The position numbers and the translations under genes are program-made. DNA of 64,000 nt from Tetramitus jugosus (Eukaryota > Protista > Heterolobosea). The notes under the pieces were generated by a model that worked only from the letters and a program-made list of their open reading frames with translations, was not told the DNA's origin and did not search any database. The stretch spans positions 635,784-699,783 of the forward strand of contig OW569344.1 of assembly GCA_937625935.1 (NCBI GenBank), read 5' to 3'. Shown here in pieces: positions 23,420 to 34,712 of the stretch (position 1 is its first letter; every line of letters starts with the position of its first letter).

Positions 23420-24098
23420 CTGCATCCTCGAAATGTTCATTAACCAACCCCTTCCACACCTAACTCAACCTGAACTTTTGGTTTATTCGGTCTTGGTTTT
23501 CATTAAAACGTTGTCCCACATATTTAACTCCTTACATTTACTGGAATCAGACTGAAATCGCCATAACCCAACTCACATCCATACTGAATAAAAATATGTA
23601 TTGCAAGAACGAAAACAAAGGATGAACAACATTACCGTCAGAAAAGTACTCGCGAGCTCGTTCAAGGGAATGAGAAATCTTCCTGACCTCTCTCACACCA
23701 ATTGATGGAGATTCATTAACTATTAGAAGAACTTCGAGGTGTCTTGTCACTGATATCTTTGACTGAGGGAGATTTGATGAACCATTCAAAGAGATGTTCT
23801 TGAATTTCTCAGACATAATAGAAAGGAACCTATAACTGTTTGATCTCGGTCCAATGTCTAAACATACGGAACGTCAAATTGAGAGCGATGAACAAGCAGC
23901 TAATGATGAATTGCAGGAACTGGTTGATAATTTCAACGCATCCATTGATAGCTGAAGCACTCACCAATTATCTTCAACCACAAACAACCCAGAAGAAAGA
24001 ATACTTCGTTGACGGCTTAGATGGATAAAAAACAATTTATCACACAGATAAAATATCTGGTATCTATCGTAAAGCTCTTGAAACATAGAACTTTTGGT

Positions 24099-25286
24099 TT
24101 ATTCAGTCTTGGTTTTCTGTTTGTCACTGGTTTTCTTAATGAGGCCACAGAGTCGGAGCATGCCGAACAGAACCTTGCCCGAGCAGTACAATGCAACAAT
24201 GAGAACCCACAACAAGCAACAAGCTAACCAGAAGACAATAGTGTTCGACTCTACAAAGGAGCAGGATTTGAATTGATAGGAATAAGCAGCATTTTGACTC
24301 GAGTTATCTTTCACAAATTCGAACAGTCCAAAATAGCCTCCATGATCACCCATAATCGTTCTCACAGTGTACTCCATCGTTCCGACAGTGTTATTGTGCT
24401 TGTACGAGCATCCATGATGATCGTGTCCATTAAAGATAAACAGCGGCTTCAACTCATCCAGAATGTACTTTGAAGTCTCAGGTGTCAGCATTGTCTGCTC
24501 ATGAACATATCCATTCTCATCTAATCTCTCCAGCATGTACTCATCACCACAATGTGGTTGCTTCTCCTTGTACAGAGGTATATGAGTGAACAGGATAACA
24601 GGCAACGGATTTTGCTTTTCTTTCTGTTCACGAACCAATGTATGCAAGAATCTCCAAGTCTCATTCTCATCATCACCCTCGTAAATGAGTGGCGACTTGT
24701 CCAACACTAAAGAGTTCAAATGGACCAACAAATGCCCATTGCTCTCTTCCTTGTGTTCCTGACTTCCAAAATATCTCTTGAAACGAGCCAATTTGTGAGG
24801 AGTGAGCCTAATTTCTGCTCCGTAGCCAGTGTCATGATTCCCTGCGAGATGAAATTGCTTGGTAATCGTTCGATTGACTCCAAAGTTGGCATGATATCGC
24901 CTATGTCGCACATTGTACTCTTCTACACTCAGATATTGACTACTGAACAAATCACCCAGCACATACTCGTACTCTGGTTTCAAAAATCGATTGATATTGT
25001 GTTGAATCAACCAAAAGTACCAATCATTGAAATCATTGTTCAATTGACCATAGGTACCCTCTCTCAACACTCTTCCATCACCTTCCATTTGTGGATCTGC
25101 AATCAACACGATCCTCGTCGGAGTAGGAGCAACATTCAACTGACTGTCCGCACCCGCTGTGGTGCCTTGTTCGGGGAATTTCCATTGGCAACTGAGCGGG
25201 GAGAAGAGAACGAAATTGTACAGATAGGTAGGAACGAGAACTGCCAAAAACAGGAATGATATCAGAAGAATGAACCACAATCTCAT
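24099..25286 (-). CDS. Metallophosphoesterase of the TED1/CDC1/MPPE1 GPI-remodelling family
   Basis: ADPQMEGD, LGDLFSSQ, AGNHDTG, THIPL and NGHDHHG motifs; N- and C-terminal TM segments. Confidence 0.88.
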   Translation of the reverse strand: MRLWFILLISFLFLAVLVPTYLYNFVLFSPLSCQWKFPEQGTTAGADSQLNVAPTPTRIVLIADPQMEGDGRVLREGTYGQLNNDFNDWYFWLIQHNINRFLKPEYEYVLGDLFSSQYLSVEEYNVRHRRYHANFGVNRTITKQFHLAGNHDTGYGAEIRLTPHKLARFKRYFGSQEHKEESNGHLLVHLNSLVLDKSPLIYEGDDENETWRFLHTLVREQKEKQNPLPVILFTHIPLYKEKQPHCGDEYMLERLDENGYVHEQTMLTPETSKYILDELKPLFIFNGHDHHGCSYKHNNTVGTMEYTVRTIMGDHGGYFGLFEFVKDNSSQNAAYSYQFKSCSFVESNTIVFWLACCLLWVLIVALYCSGKVLFGMLRLCGLIKKTSDKQKTKTE

Positions 25287-25447
25287 TTCTGTGTTGTTGT
25301 TGATCTGGCTTACTTGTGTTTTTTTTTTTGTTTATTGCTTTTCTGTTTGCACTGTGAAGAATCAGATTCTTTGATTTGGCTGTTGTTGTGACGTATGACA
25401 GATCTGCCAACTTTCCGAATTCCGGATGGATTTACGGAATTCCTGGT

Positions 25448-27430
25448 CTAGAGAACAAAGTAGTTGATCATGCCTGGATGAACTTCTACATAGGTTTCGA
25501 CAAAGGCTCCCTCCTCACCATCGATACTCACGACTGTTCCCTCTTCCTCGGGAACCAACTTAAACACCTGAGTTCTTTCAAAGTTGACTGACTCATGATC
25601 GGACAGAACCACTTCACCCTCGTCTCCTTTCTCCATCTCGAAGAAATGTTTAACAAAACTGAACCGAGTTGTGGACTTGTCACGAGCTAAAACCCACATC
25701 AGGTCTAAGAATTCGCTGTTGGGATAGGCGCTCATCCCAAGAGGAAAGCCAGATGCGATATGAGAAGTATTGACAGCCAAAATTCCAAAAAAGTCATCTT
25801 CGATTGTCACAACTCTTGGGTTTGATTGCCCATACGGTATCAATTTGTCAGATTGGAAGTTTTCATAGAGCACGGATTGACTATCGACTACAGAAACCAT
25901 GCTGAATAACTCGGGAAAGAATGCATGAAGTAAAGGACAGTCTGGTCCATCGGTGGAATCAGATTCAAAAGTTGTTCTTTCTCTCAATTCTTTGGAGTTG
26001 TAAACATTAGTTCTTTGGTTCTTGTGTCTATTCAGCATGTACTTCTCATTTGTTGTGTCATAATTCAAATCTCTCTCATTCAAATCCTGTTTCCCCAGGA
26101 ACTCCATTCTATCCTCCTCCGGACAAATGAAAGGGACAAACGAGAGTTTAGCTCGATAGGACCTCTTGAGTAACATTTCTTTGAATGCACCAATTTTGTT
26201 GCGAAGAGACGTGATATGAAGCTTTCTCAAGATATCTGTCTTGTGTGTTACATTAGCGAGGAAACCAAACATGAGGCATAGAAATGAGTATTCTCTCTTT
26301 AGCTCATAGAGTCCTGTTTCCGAGTTTCTAACTTTTTGGAAAGTACTGCAAATGTCCATCTGCCTCGTAAATCCTCTAGCAACACTAAACGCTGCCAAGG
26401 CAACATTCTGTGCTCCAATAATAGAAACTTCGAAAGCATTGGTTGATCCACCCGGGATGTTACAGATGGGCAACTTGATTGCTCGTTGCCAATCAGGATG
26501 TCTCATCAACCCATTTATGCATTCGTGCATGATACCATCCCCACCCACGCAACATATCTCATCCCACATTCCCAGGTCCAACTGCTGGCAAATATCTTGT
26601 GCGTGTTGCGCTCTCAGAGTAAGAATAGTAGTCATCACAACTCCTGGACAGTTGTCGAAGATAGGCTTGGCTCGCTCGTTGAAAGTTGTTAGAGCTGACT
26701 TCTTCCCTGCAAAAGGATTTATGATGCATAGGATTCTCCTGGTAGGTAACTGCAAAATCATATTCGATGGATCGATAGAGTATATTGAATTCGGTTGATT
26801 GAAGAGAGCTGGCCGTAGCTTTTCGGGAAACCATATGGAAGAAGTCAGCATATGGACCCAAAATGCTCTCTCTTGATCTGTGGAACAAACAAATTGGAAG
26901 TCAATCATTTCTTCCTTGTCGATCAACGTGCAGACAGTAAAGCTGAATGAGTCACTGAGAGCTACACTGGTACTTGTCAGTAATGGACCATCAATCTTAA
27001 CCGAGTAAATCTCATCTAGGAAAATACAACCACAATGATTCTCATTCACAAGGTACAGTTCATTGTTGTGAGTTAGCAGCAGTAATAAGTTTGGCAAGCT
27101 TGAACCTCCATGCTCTGGTTCTATTTGGTTCATGAAGCGAACTAGGGACCAAAATCGAATTTCTTCATTCGAAAGCATTGGTTGACTCACGCTCGGGGTT
27201 TGGGTTTCCGTTGAAATTGGGTATCCGATAATCCTCCTGTAAATCTCTGAATAAGGATGAACTGAAGTACTCAACTCAGAAGTGACAAGGTTTTTATCCT
27301 CGATACCAGACTTCTGTTGTCTGTTGGACAACTTGAGTAAGACATCATTGACGCTCACTGGCTTGGATTGGAGTAATTTCTCAAGGAACATGTAACTTTG
27401 TCTGCAAGGATTTTTTGAAGCTCTTCTCAA
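25448..27430 (-). CDS. Sphingosine/ceramide kinase (DAGK-like catalytic domain); true start uncertain
   Basis: IINPFAGKK, VGGDGIMHECINGL, IPGGSTNA, SIDGE. Confidence 0.88.
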   Translation of the reverse strand: MRRASKNPCRQSYMFLEKLLQSKPVSVNDVLLKLSNRQQKSGIEDKNLVTSELSTSVHPYSEIYRRIIGYPISTETQTPSVSQPMLSNEEIRFWSLVRFMNQIEPEHGGSSLPNLLLLLTHNNELYLVNENHCGCIFLDEIYSVKIDGPLLTSTSVALSDSFSFTVCTLIDKEEMIDFQFVCSTDQERAFWVHMLTSSIWFPEKLRPALFNQPNSIYSIDPSNMILQLPTRRILCIINPFAGKKSALTTFNERAKPIFDNCPGVVMTTILTLRAQHAQDICQQLDLGMWDEICCVGGDGIMHECINGLMRHPDWQRAIKLPICNIPGGSTNAFEVSIIGAQNVALAAFSVARGFTRQMDICSTFQKVRNSETGLYELKREYSFLCLMFGFLANVTHKTDILRKLHITSLRNKIGAFKEMLLKRSYRAKLSFVPFICPEEDRMEFLGKQDLNERDLNYDTTNEKYMLNRHKNQRTNVYNSKELRERTTFESDSTDGPDCPLLHAFFPELFSMVSVVDSQSVLYENFQSDKLIPYGQSNPRVVTIEDDFFGILAVNTSHIASGFPLGMSAYPNSEFLDLMWVLARDKSTTRFSFVKHFFEMEKGDEGEVVLSDHESVNFERTQVFKLVPEEEGTVVSIDGEEGAFVETYVEVHPGMINYFVL

Positions 27431-27741
27431 CTTTATTCTTGCTCCGCAGGTACTGGTATTCTTTTATTTTTTTATACAAGAGGAAACAGTCAACTGAGCA
27501 TTCTATTAAAAAAATGTAGTGCTCAGAGATTGTTTACGGCGACGAGATTATTGACCTACCCGCTGGTTGAACTTGTGGAACTTCTGAATTAGGTATCCTT
27601 TTTTTTAAATTGGGTCTGGTTTGTTTGTGTGATTTCCATTGTTGTGATACTCCGATCCCTGTCCCGTCCTCCCAAACAACTCCTATCTTGTGACACACTG
27701 TGTTCCACACGTAGTAATCATAAAAACAAACCAAACCCTTG

Positions 27742-30084
27742 ATGAGTCACATGGACAGGAAGCTCTATTCACTGCCCTCACTATTGTTTTTCCTTGTTGT
27801 TCTTCTTGTGAACCATCATTTTGACTCTTGTTGGTTCACTACTCCTGGCAATAATGAACAACAACAACTAAACACATGGATGGTCGTACGTGCAGAATAC
27901 AAGCTGGTGTTTAGTCGATTTGATACGTACCCTCACTCAAAGAAATGGGATGTTGCATGCCAGAGATCTCCACTCGCATTTGCCCCATTGCCGACGACAC
28001 ATCATGTGACATTGAACGGCACAGTGACAAAAAATGAGACTCTGCCCTTGGATATTGACTATCAAATGGTGATTGGCAACACTATATCCATTCAATTTAG
28101 CACACCATTGACAAAGAGTGAGAGAGCACTGGGCAGCTTTTTCTTGAATGAAACATTTTACTTTGCTTATGCAATGCAATATCCTGTCATACTCAATGGT
28201 AGCGGTATTCAGCCTCCGTTCGTTCCTGACCATAACAGTAGTACTCTCTCTTGGAAAAAACTATCGATTAAGACCTTGAAGCATCATCATTTGACTTCGA
28301 AATGGTTGACAATACCGTATTCGCACTCCAATGTGAGTCAAATCGCCTTAAAGGGCTCAAAACTGTTGAATAGTGTTGCGAGCCCTGTCATGCATATTAG
28401 ATATGTGGAAAATCGAACGAGTGAGGGCAAGATTGTCACGCACCATGTCTCCTCTGTTGTTTTCAATGATCTTGGAGCATTCAACCGATCGGAGTGCTTC
28501 GATTTAGACAATGTCAACTTTTATCATCGGGCATACAAGATGCAAGATTATCGGATCGCTCTGGCTATTCACTCAATTTTCTTTGTACCAATGTTGCTTC
28601 TGTTCCTTGTCACATTAGTGACATGTAGGGGTAGGCTGGCCAAACGAAGAGCACCTGCATCAATCATTGGAGGATTGAGTATCATGTGCGTATTTTTGGT
28701 GAGCTTGCCATTCATCAATGGTATTCGGTACAGTCAATACAAGGCCAACATTAATTTCAATTCGAAGACAAATGTATGGTACAATTACATACAAGTGATA
28801 GGAATTATTCTAGGCCTAGTAACTGCCGTTACATGCTACACTGCGACAATGGTATGTAGTTATCAATCCCTTCCACATTTGACATGCTGGCTAACACATG
28901 ATTCCCTTCAGCTCCGATTTCTTCACTTCAAATTCATTTACTACTATGCATTCAAGAACATGTCAACACATGGCAAGAGATCTTCAAAGAGTTCAAAAAT
29001 GTGTGGATTGTTTAATCATGTGATGAAACAGTGGAAGATTTTGACCTCGAGATGGTTGTTCTGGCCAATATTTATCCTCTCTGTACTATTGTTGTACATT
29101 GCTTTGTCCGTGGTCACCACAGCGCTCATTTATGCCAAACGTAAGCCTTCCAAACAAGAATTTGTGACAATGTTCACTGCGCTCGATGTTCTCGATATCA
29201 ACTACCTAGTTGTTCTCGGTATTCTCCTGCTCATTTACTTGATCGATACGCTCATGTCTATCAAGGAATTTAGGAAAGGAGTGGTGTACTTTTACTGGGT
29301 GAACGATCCATTATTGTTCCGTCTAGAAGCATTGGTGGCTGTATTCTTGTTTGCTGCTATGGTTGTAGCAATAGTCATCTACTTGAATTACAAGAGTGTT
29401 TACACATATGCAAAGGGACTATGTTTCGACTTTGCTTACTTCTTCGCAATGATGCTCTTTGGGAACTCTCTCATTTCGTTTATTGAGCTCTACAGGTGGT
29501 TCAAAAACTTATTCAAAAAGAAGAATAATGCAGTGGACAAGGGGGAAAACAATGGTACCGTTACTTTACTGAACTCTTTGAATAATGAAGAGTTCTTTGC
29601 ATTATTTGAAGACTACTGCTTGAAGGAATTGTCAAGTGAAAACCTACATGTATTCACAATGCTAGAACAAGCAAAACTCAAGGGCATTCTTGTCCTTGAT
29701 ACCTTTCACGACTTGCAACATGATTATATTCGACCTGGATCGAACTTTGAAGTGAACATTACTTCAATAACGCGGTCACAATGTTTGTCTTTGTATGATC
29801 AAGCGGCTAAGGACAAAGTGGATATCGATCCCTCCGCACTGAACGCTCTCTACTACGAAATTTTGAACAATCTCAGTGACACCTTTGCCAGATTCATCGA
29901 TACGGGCCATTACAAGTTGTATCAACAAAAGGTGAACCATCTAAAGAAAATGTTTGCAGTCGACTATAATCGAAGCAACAGTATGATATCAGGTGAAAAG
30001 CAAAACAGATCAAAATCCTTCAAGGTACCGAGTCTGCGGAGCGAGCCCGAAACATCAGAGAGAACTGAAAGTACTGGCGAATAA
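27742..30084 (+). CDS. Multi-pass membrane protein with C-terminal RGS domain; likely in-frame intron 28852-28911
   Basis: Signal peptide, several TM helices, FEDYCLKELSSENL...YIRPGSNFEVNI...LSDTFARF (RGS). GTATGT...CTAAC...TCAG 60-nt segment. Confidence 0.85.
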   Translation: MSHMDRKLYSLPSLLFFLVVLLVNHHFDSCWFTTPGNNEQQQLNTWMVVRAEYKLVFSRFDTYPHSKKWDVACQRSPLAFAPLPTTHHVTLNGTVTKNETLPLDIDYQMVIGNTISIQFSTPLTKSERALGSFFLNETFYFAYAMQYPVILNGSGIQPPFVPDHNSSTLSWKKLSIKTLKHHHLTSKWLTIPYSHSNVSQIALKGSKLLNSVASPVMHIRYVENRTSEGKIVTHHVSSVVFNDLGAFNRSECFDLDNVNFYHRAYKMQDYRIALAIHSIFFVPMLLLFLVTLVTCRGRLAKRRAPASIIGGLSIMCVFLVSLPFINGIRYSQYKANINFNSKTNVWYNYIQVIGIILGLVTAVTCYTATMVCSYQSLPHLTCWLTHDSLQLRFLHFKFIYYYAFKNMSTHGKRSSKSSKMCGLFNHVMKQWKILTSRWLFWPIFILSVLLLYIALSVVTTALIYAKRKPSKQEFVTMFTALDVLDINYLVVLGILLLIYLIDTLMSIKEFRKGVVYFYWVNDPLLFRLEALVAVFLFAAMVVAIVIYLNYKSVYTYAKGLCFDFAYFFAMMLFGNSLISFIELYRWFKNLFKKKNNAVDKGENNGTVTLLNSLNNEEFFALFEDYCLKELSSENLHVFTMLEQAKLKGILVLDTFHDLQHDYIRPGSNFEVNITSITRSQCLSLYDQAAKDKVDIDPSALNALYYEILNNLSDTFARFIDTGHYKLYQQKVNHLKKMFAVDYNRSNSMISGEKQNRSKSFKVPSLRSEPETSERTESTGE

Positions 30085-30543
30085 ACAAGCTATCAATGAA
30101 CAAATACGTTTTTGTATCCAGAACAAAAAAGCCTACATTACTGAGGGTTCTCGAGTAGTCTCCTATCTCAATACTAACTCAGTGCTTAACTTCTCTATTC
30201 GAAATGGGAAGAGGTGGTTCCACCATTGTATGAACGTAGACATCAAACATGTTTTTTCACATATTTTGGCCGTTTCGGCAAAAGAGGATGACCAGGAGGA
30301 TATTGCTACGAGCGTCATTGGGAATTAATCAGAAGACCAAGAGCCATCGCTCAATGAGCGATGGCTGATGAAAATGTATTGATAATAAAGTGAGCAACCG
30401 CAATGGTTGTATTAAAAAAAAAAAAAAAGACCAGGAGGATATTGATGGAGGAACTGGTATGGTAATCCCTCTCGATGATCAGGAGCAAGATCGAGAAGGG
30501 AGAGAAAAATTTCTTCTTGGGTTTATTCCAGAAATTTCACTTT

Positions 30544-31275
30544 TCAAAATTGTTTACATCCAGCTGGTTTAGGTCCCTCGTAAACATAACAAACAAACGG
30601 CAACATGTTGAATTCTATATTGTTCTTCACCCACTCTGTGGTTTGTCCGTTCAGACCCATCCATGGCAACTGAAAGCTAGGGAAAGTCTTCAAGCTCTTT
30701 GTAGCCAAGGCCATTTGGTGCATCACCTGATTGCCAAGCTCACCATTGACACATGCATCCATCTCTTCAATATCAAGGTCAAAGTGAGGAGCACAGTCAT
30801 GTGCAGCTGGAAGAGGATCCAAAAATCGAATGTACAAGTTATTTGACATACAATTGATGAACGGGAGAGCTCTAGCTGAGTCATTACCCTTCAAAGCAAT
30901 AGCACAGGCTTGATACATGTTTCCCTCACATTCTATTGTTCCGTGATCACACTTGAACTGATATTGGTTGTTCTTTCCAATGGTTTCATTGGCCTTGCCA
31001 AATGGAACTAAACGCAGATTGATAATCTCAGAGAGTCCCTGTGCTTGCATTGTGGGATACACCTCAGTTGTGATGAACTGCAAGGAGAAAAAGTCTTGTG
31101 TTTCATAGTAGACGTCCAGATTCAACTTTTCAGCATCGCCAGAAGCAGTATCAGCTGAAACCTTGTTGGTTGTGGTCTTGTGGTGGCGGTAGTGAACCTT
31201 CCTCTTTGAAGCCAAAAGTACGTTTAACAAACAAAAGATGAGCACCAAGAAGATGACGAGTTTGGAAGATTGCAT
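30544..31275 (-). CDS. GILT (gamma-interferon-inducible lysosomal thiol reductase)-like protein, copy 1, lacking the catalytic Cys motif
   Basis: LDVYYET, LVPFGKA, FKCDHGTIECEGN, PW motif and signal peptide. YYETQDFFS stands where GILT has YYESLCxx(C/S). Confidence 0.88.
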   Translation of the reverse strand: MQSSKLVIFLVLIFCLLNVLLASKRKVHYRHHKTTTNKVSADTASGDAEKLNLDVYYETQDFFSLQFITTEVYPTMQAQGLSEIINLRLVPFGKANETIGKNNQYQFKCDHGTIECEGNMYQACAIALKGNDSARALPFINCMSNNLYIRFLDPLPAAHDCAPHFDLDIEEMDACVNGELGNQVMHQMALATKSLKTFPSFQLPWMGLNGQTTEWVKNNIEFNMLPFVCYVYEGPKPAGCKQF

Positions 31276-31625
31276 GCTGTCGTTGTTAAGTTGTGTGAGT
31301 TGTTGGTGTGTTTTTTTCCGTTTCAGAATAAGGTTGTTCTGAAGGGAGGGACTATCGGGTAAGATCTACGGAGGATTTCGATCGGAACTATTTTGATTGT
31401 ACAAGAAACGGAAGATTTACTTCCCAAAGCATTTCGTTAATCCTGACTTCCTTACGTGGACAATTGTTTCTGAGATCCATATCTTTAAAAGCCAGCTGCA
31501 AGTTATCAAACTCCTCATGGTAGTGAAGCGGAGCGATATGAAGCTCAATTTGTGAAGGTCTGCAATGGTGCAGTCTCTAGAGAATAAACACCAAGATTTA
31601 ACTTTATTGTTCACGATGTTTCTAT

Positions 31626-32351
31626 TCAATACTTGCATCCAGCTGGTTGAGGTCCCTTGTAAAGAGAACAAACATATCGCAACATATTGAATTCCATGTA
31701 GTTCTTCACCCACTCTCCAGTTTGTCCGTTCAAACTGAGCCATGGTAGCAGGAAGTCAGGGGTAGGTTTTAAGCTCTTTGTAGCCAAGGCCATTTGATGC
31801 ATCACCTGATTGCCAAGCTCACCATTGACACATGCATCCAACTGTACGGTATCAATATCAAAGCGAGGAGCACAGTCATGTGCAGCTGGAAGAGGATCCA
31901 AAAATCGCTCATACAAGTTGAATGACATGCAATCGATGAACGGGAGAGCTTCAGCAGAGCTGTTACCCTTCAAAGCAATAGCACAAGCCTGATACATGTT
32001 TCCCTCACAATCTGGGAGCCCGTATTCACATTTGAACTGATATTGGTTGTTCTTTCCAATGGTTTCATTGGCCTTGCCAAATGGAACTAAACGCAGATTG
32101 ATAATCTCAGAGAGTCCCTGTGCTTGCATTGTGGGATACACCTCAGTTGTGATGAACTGCAAGGAGAAAAAGTCTTGTGTTTCATAGTAGACGTCAATAC
32201 TAATTTTTTCAGCATCGTCAGAAGCCACCTTGTTATTCATTGTGGTCCTGTGGTGGTGACGAGAAACTTTTCTCAATCTCTTTGCGGCCAAAAGAACATG
32301 GGACAAACATATGACGAGAACCAAGAAGAGGATCACTTTGGAAGATTGCAT
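31626..32351 (-). CDS. GILT-like protein, tandem copy 2, same loss of the catalytic Cys
   Basis: Near-identical DNA over the core to 30544-31275; start MQSSKVILF at 32351. Confidence 0.88.
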   Translation of the reverse strand: MQSSKVILFLVLVICLSHVLLAAKRLRKVSRHHHRTTMNNKVASDDAEKISIDVYYETQDFFSLQFITTEVYPTMQAQGLSEIINLRLVPFGKANETIGKNNQYQFKCEYGLPDCEGNMYQACAIALKGNSSAEALPFIDCMSFNLYERFLDPLPAAHDCAPRFDIDTVQLDACVNGELGNQVMHQMALATKSLKPTPDFLLPWLSLNGQTGEWVKNYMEFNMLRYVCSLYKGPQPAGCKY

Positions 32352-32573
32352 GTTGCTTATTAATGTGTGTGATGATTGTTTGGTAAATGGATTTTGTTGT
32401 GTTCGTTCACACAACAAACAACCCAATGAGGAGAAACGAGGAAGATTTCCGGAGCATAGATTGTGTGCAGAATCATAATGGATGGTTTTGATGGATGGCA
32501 GCAGCGGAAGATTGTGTGGAACCGTTTCTAAAATGCATTCAACAATGCGAGTTTATGAGACTGGATTAAAACT

Positions 32574-33344
32574 TTAATTCTTTTGACGTGTTGGAGCCAT
32601 GACCACCTCTCTGATACACACGTGAGGAGGCATCTCGTACACAAACTTGATGGTTTGAGCAACGTCCACAGACTGTAGGACCTCACCTTTCAATTCATTA
32701 GCTTTCCACTCCTCATATGGATTCATCTGCTTCTCATCATTGTGAGACAAAAGTTCAGTGGAGGTGACACCTGGTGCGACACACATGACTCTCACATTAC
32801 TGCCAGACACTTCTTCTCTGAGAGCTTCACTCAATCCATGAACAGCAAACTTTGTGGCACAGTAAGCCACGTGATTTGGGAATGCCTTTCTTCCAGCCAC
32901 ACTGGAAATATTGATAATGGTACCTGTTTCTCTCTTGATCATATCCTGGAGCACTGCTTGAATACCGTTCAACACACCCATGATATTCGTCTGAACCATC
33001 GTTTCAATGCGATCATGTGGTTGCTCAGCCAACAGATCCAAGTACATGACACCTGCATTGTTCACCAACAAGTTCACCTGAATGTCGCTGCCAAAGTAGT
33101 CCTTGGCTTGCTGGATGGCTTGAATGACTTGATCTCTGTTGGTCACGTCACATGTGACAGCAAGTGCATTTGACTTGTTCAATGGAGAGTTATCCTCTTG
33201 TAACAGAGCTTCCAATCGATCTGTTCTTCTGGCCAATAGCAACACTCGATACTTGTCATTGCTTTGGACAAATAGTTTGGCAGTGGCTTCTCCAATGCCA
33301 GAGCTTGCTCCTGTGATCACGATGAGTTCCTTTTGTGTGGACAT
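32574..33344 (-). CDS. Short-chain dehydrogenase/reductase
   Basis: TGASSGIG, NNAG, SS, YCATK. Confidence 0.93.
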   Translation of the reverse strand: MSTQKELIVITGASSGIGEATAKLFVQSNDKYRVLLLARRTDRLEALLQEDNSPLNKSNALAVTCDVTNRDQVIQAIQQAKDYFGSDIQVNLLVNNAGVMYLDLLAEQPHDRIETMVQTNIMGVLNGIQAVLQDMIKRETGTIINISSVAGRKAFPNHVAYCATKFAVHGLSEALREEVSGSNVRVMCVAPGVTSTELLSHNDEKQMNPYEEWKANELKGEVLQSVDVAQTIKFVYEMPPHVCIREVVMAPTRQKN

Positions 33345-33649
33345 GTTTCTTGTTGTTTGTTTTTGATTGTTTTTGATTGTGGTTCTTTGTTTTGTGTACT
33401 CCTGCAGGAGGAATGTCTTTTAACTGGTTTTGAACTGAACTTGTGTAGTTCAGAAAGTGCGCAACCCCTGAACATATCGGATTCTGCAAGGTTTATTGAC
33501 CATAAATGCGGATGATCTGTCTTCCAAGTTGGAATGGTGGAGCAAGCTGCTTCATTGATCAGTTGTATTATAACAGATGCCGAATTTTTGTCACCTTTTT
33601 ATTGTTTGTCGATAACCGTTCCCAACTACAACACCTGGAATGCAATTTT

Positions 33650-34630
33650 TTACTTCTCAAATACAAATAAATCGTTTAGTCTACCTTCTTCACAATATCC
33701 TCCAAATAAGGCAATCTGTCTGTCATTGATGCATGTTGCATCTAGCCAGCCTCGCTCACTTGGTCTCTGATCCACATTATGCGAAGACACATCATCCATG
33801 CACTTCCATTCAAGTGTATTTGTATCAAGCAAATAGGTGTCATTACGGAATTTACCTGCACCTAAATGTCCAACGGATGACGCCTCACGCTCTCCACCAA
33901 ACACCAATATCTCTGATTGGCCCAATGTTTTAACAACATGAACACTTCGAGCACCAGGAACTGATCCTTTCATTTGACTAGTTAAATCATTCCATGCATG
34001 ACATCTATAGTCAAACACGTGCAAATCACCCAGTTCATTGCCATTGAATCCACCAAATACATACAGCAGTGAATCACCAACAGCAGTGAATCCAGGCCCA
34101 CCTCTAGCTGATGGTGCCTGTCCACTTCTTGGCTCAATGATAGTAAACTTTTGTGATTGAGCATCAAACTCCAACAACTCATTCAATCTTCCCTTGTCAC
34201 TGCATCCACCAAACACAAAAAACTTGCTCTGGTCATGGTTGAATCTTGTGGCAGTGTGATAAGATCTACCAGCAATACCTTCATCTTGATTCACAGCTAC
34301 AGACTGCCAAGTGTTATTCTCAGTATCAAACACATGTAATTCATTCAAATTAACTCCATTGGCATCTCTTCCACCGTACACAAACAACTTTTCATTCAAA
34401 TCAGTGGTCGTATGGGCTAATCTTGACTTTGGTGCTCCTTCAGATGGTCTTACCACTGACCAGCTCTTCGAACTCAGATCATAAATGTGAACATCACTGG
34501 AAATGGGAGATCTTGGATCGTTCTCACCACCGAACACATAGAGTTTATTGTTCAAGTGAGTCACTGAGTGTGAGCTACGCTTCTGAGGCACAAATTGTTC
34601 ATCTCTATAAACTTCTCTTGTCCACTTCAT
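33650..34630 (-). CDS. Kelch-repeat beta-propeller protein (nitrile-specifier-protein-like); start MKWTRE at 34630
   Basis: Six repeats of the form R(S/L)xH...(LY)VFGG...ND/ELHVFD...W. Confidence 0.88.
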   Translation of the reverse strand: MKWTREVYRDEQFVPQKRSSHSVTHLNNKLYVFGGENDPRSPISSDVHIYDLSSKSWSVVRPSEGAPKSRLAHTTTDLNEKLFVYGGRDANGVNLNELHVFDTENNTWQSVAVNQDEGIAGRSYHTATRFNHDQSKFFVFGGCSDKGRLNELLEFDAQSQKFTIIEPRSGQAPSARGGPGFTAVGDSLLYVFGGFNGNELGDLHVFDYRCHAWNDLTSQMKGSVPGARSVHVVKTLGQSEILVFGGEREASSVGHLGAGKFRNDTYLLDTNTLEWKCMDDVSSHNVDQRPSERGWLDATCINDRQIALFGGYCEEGRLNDLFVFEK

Positions 34631-34712
34631 GGCAAACGACTGTTGGTATTGGTTGTTATTCGCGAATTTAGGCGATGGGGCGGTGTTATTACAGTAAAAC
34701 CCCAACAACAAA

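Noticed and set aside
30085-30540. Repeated GACCAGGAGGATATTG (near 30289 and 30429) and acidic mini-ORFs
   Set aside because: Only two copies, in a degenerate stretch with no supportable gene or element.
33650-34630. Kelch gene as a RAG2-like partner of the RAG1-like transposase
   Set aside because: It lies 22 kb away, outside the element, has no PHD finger, and looks like an ordinary host kelch protein.
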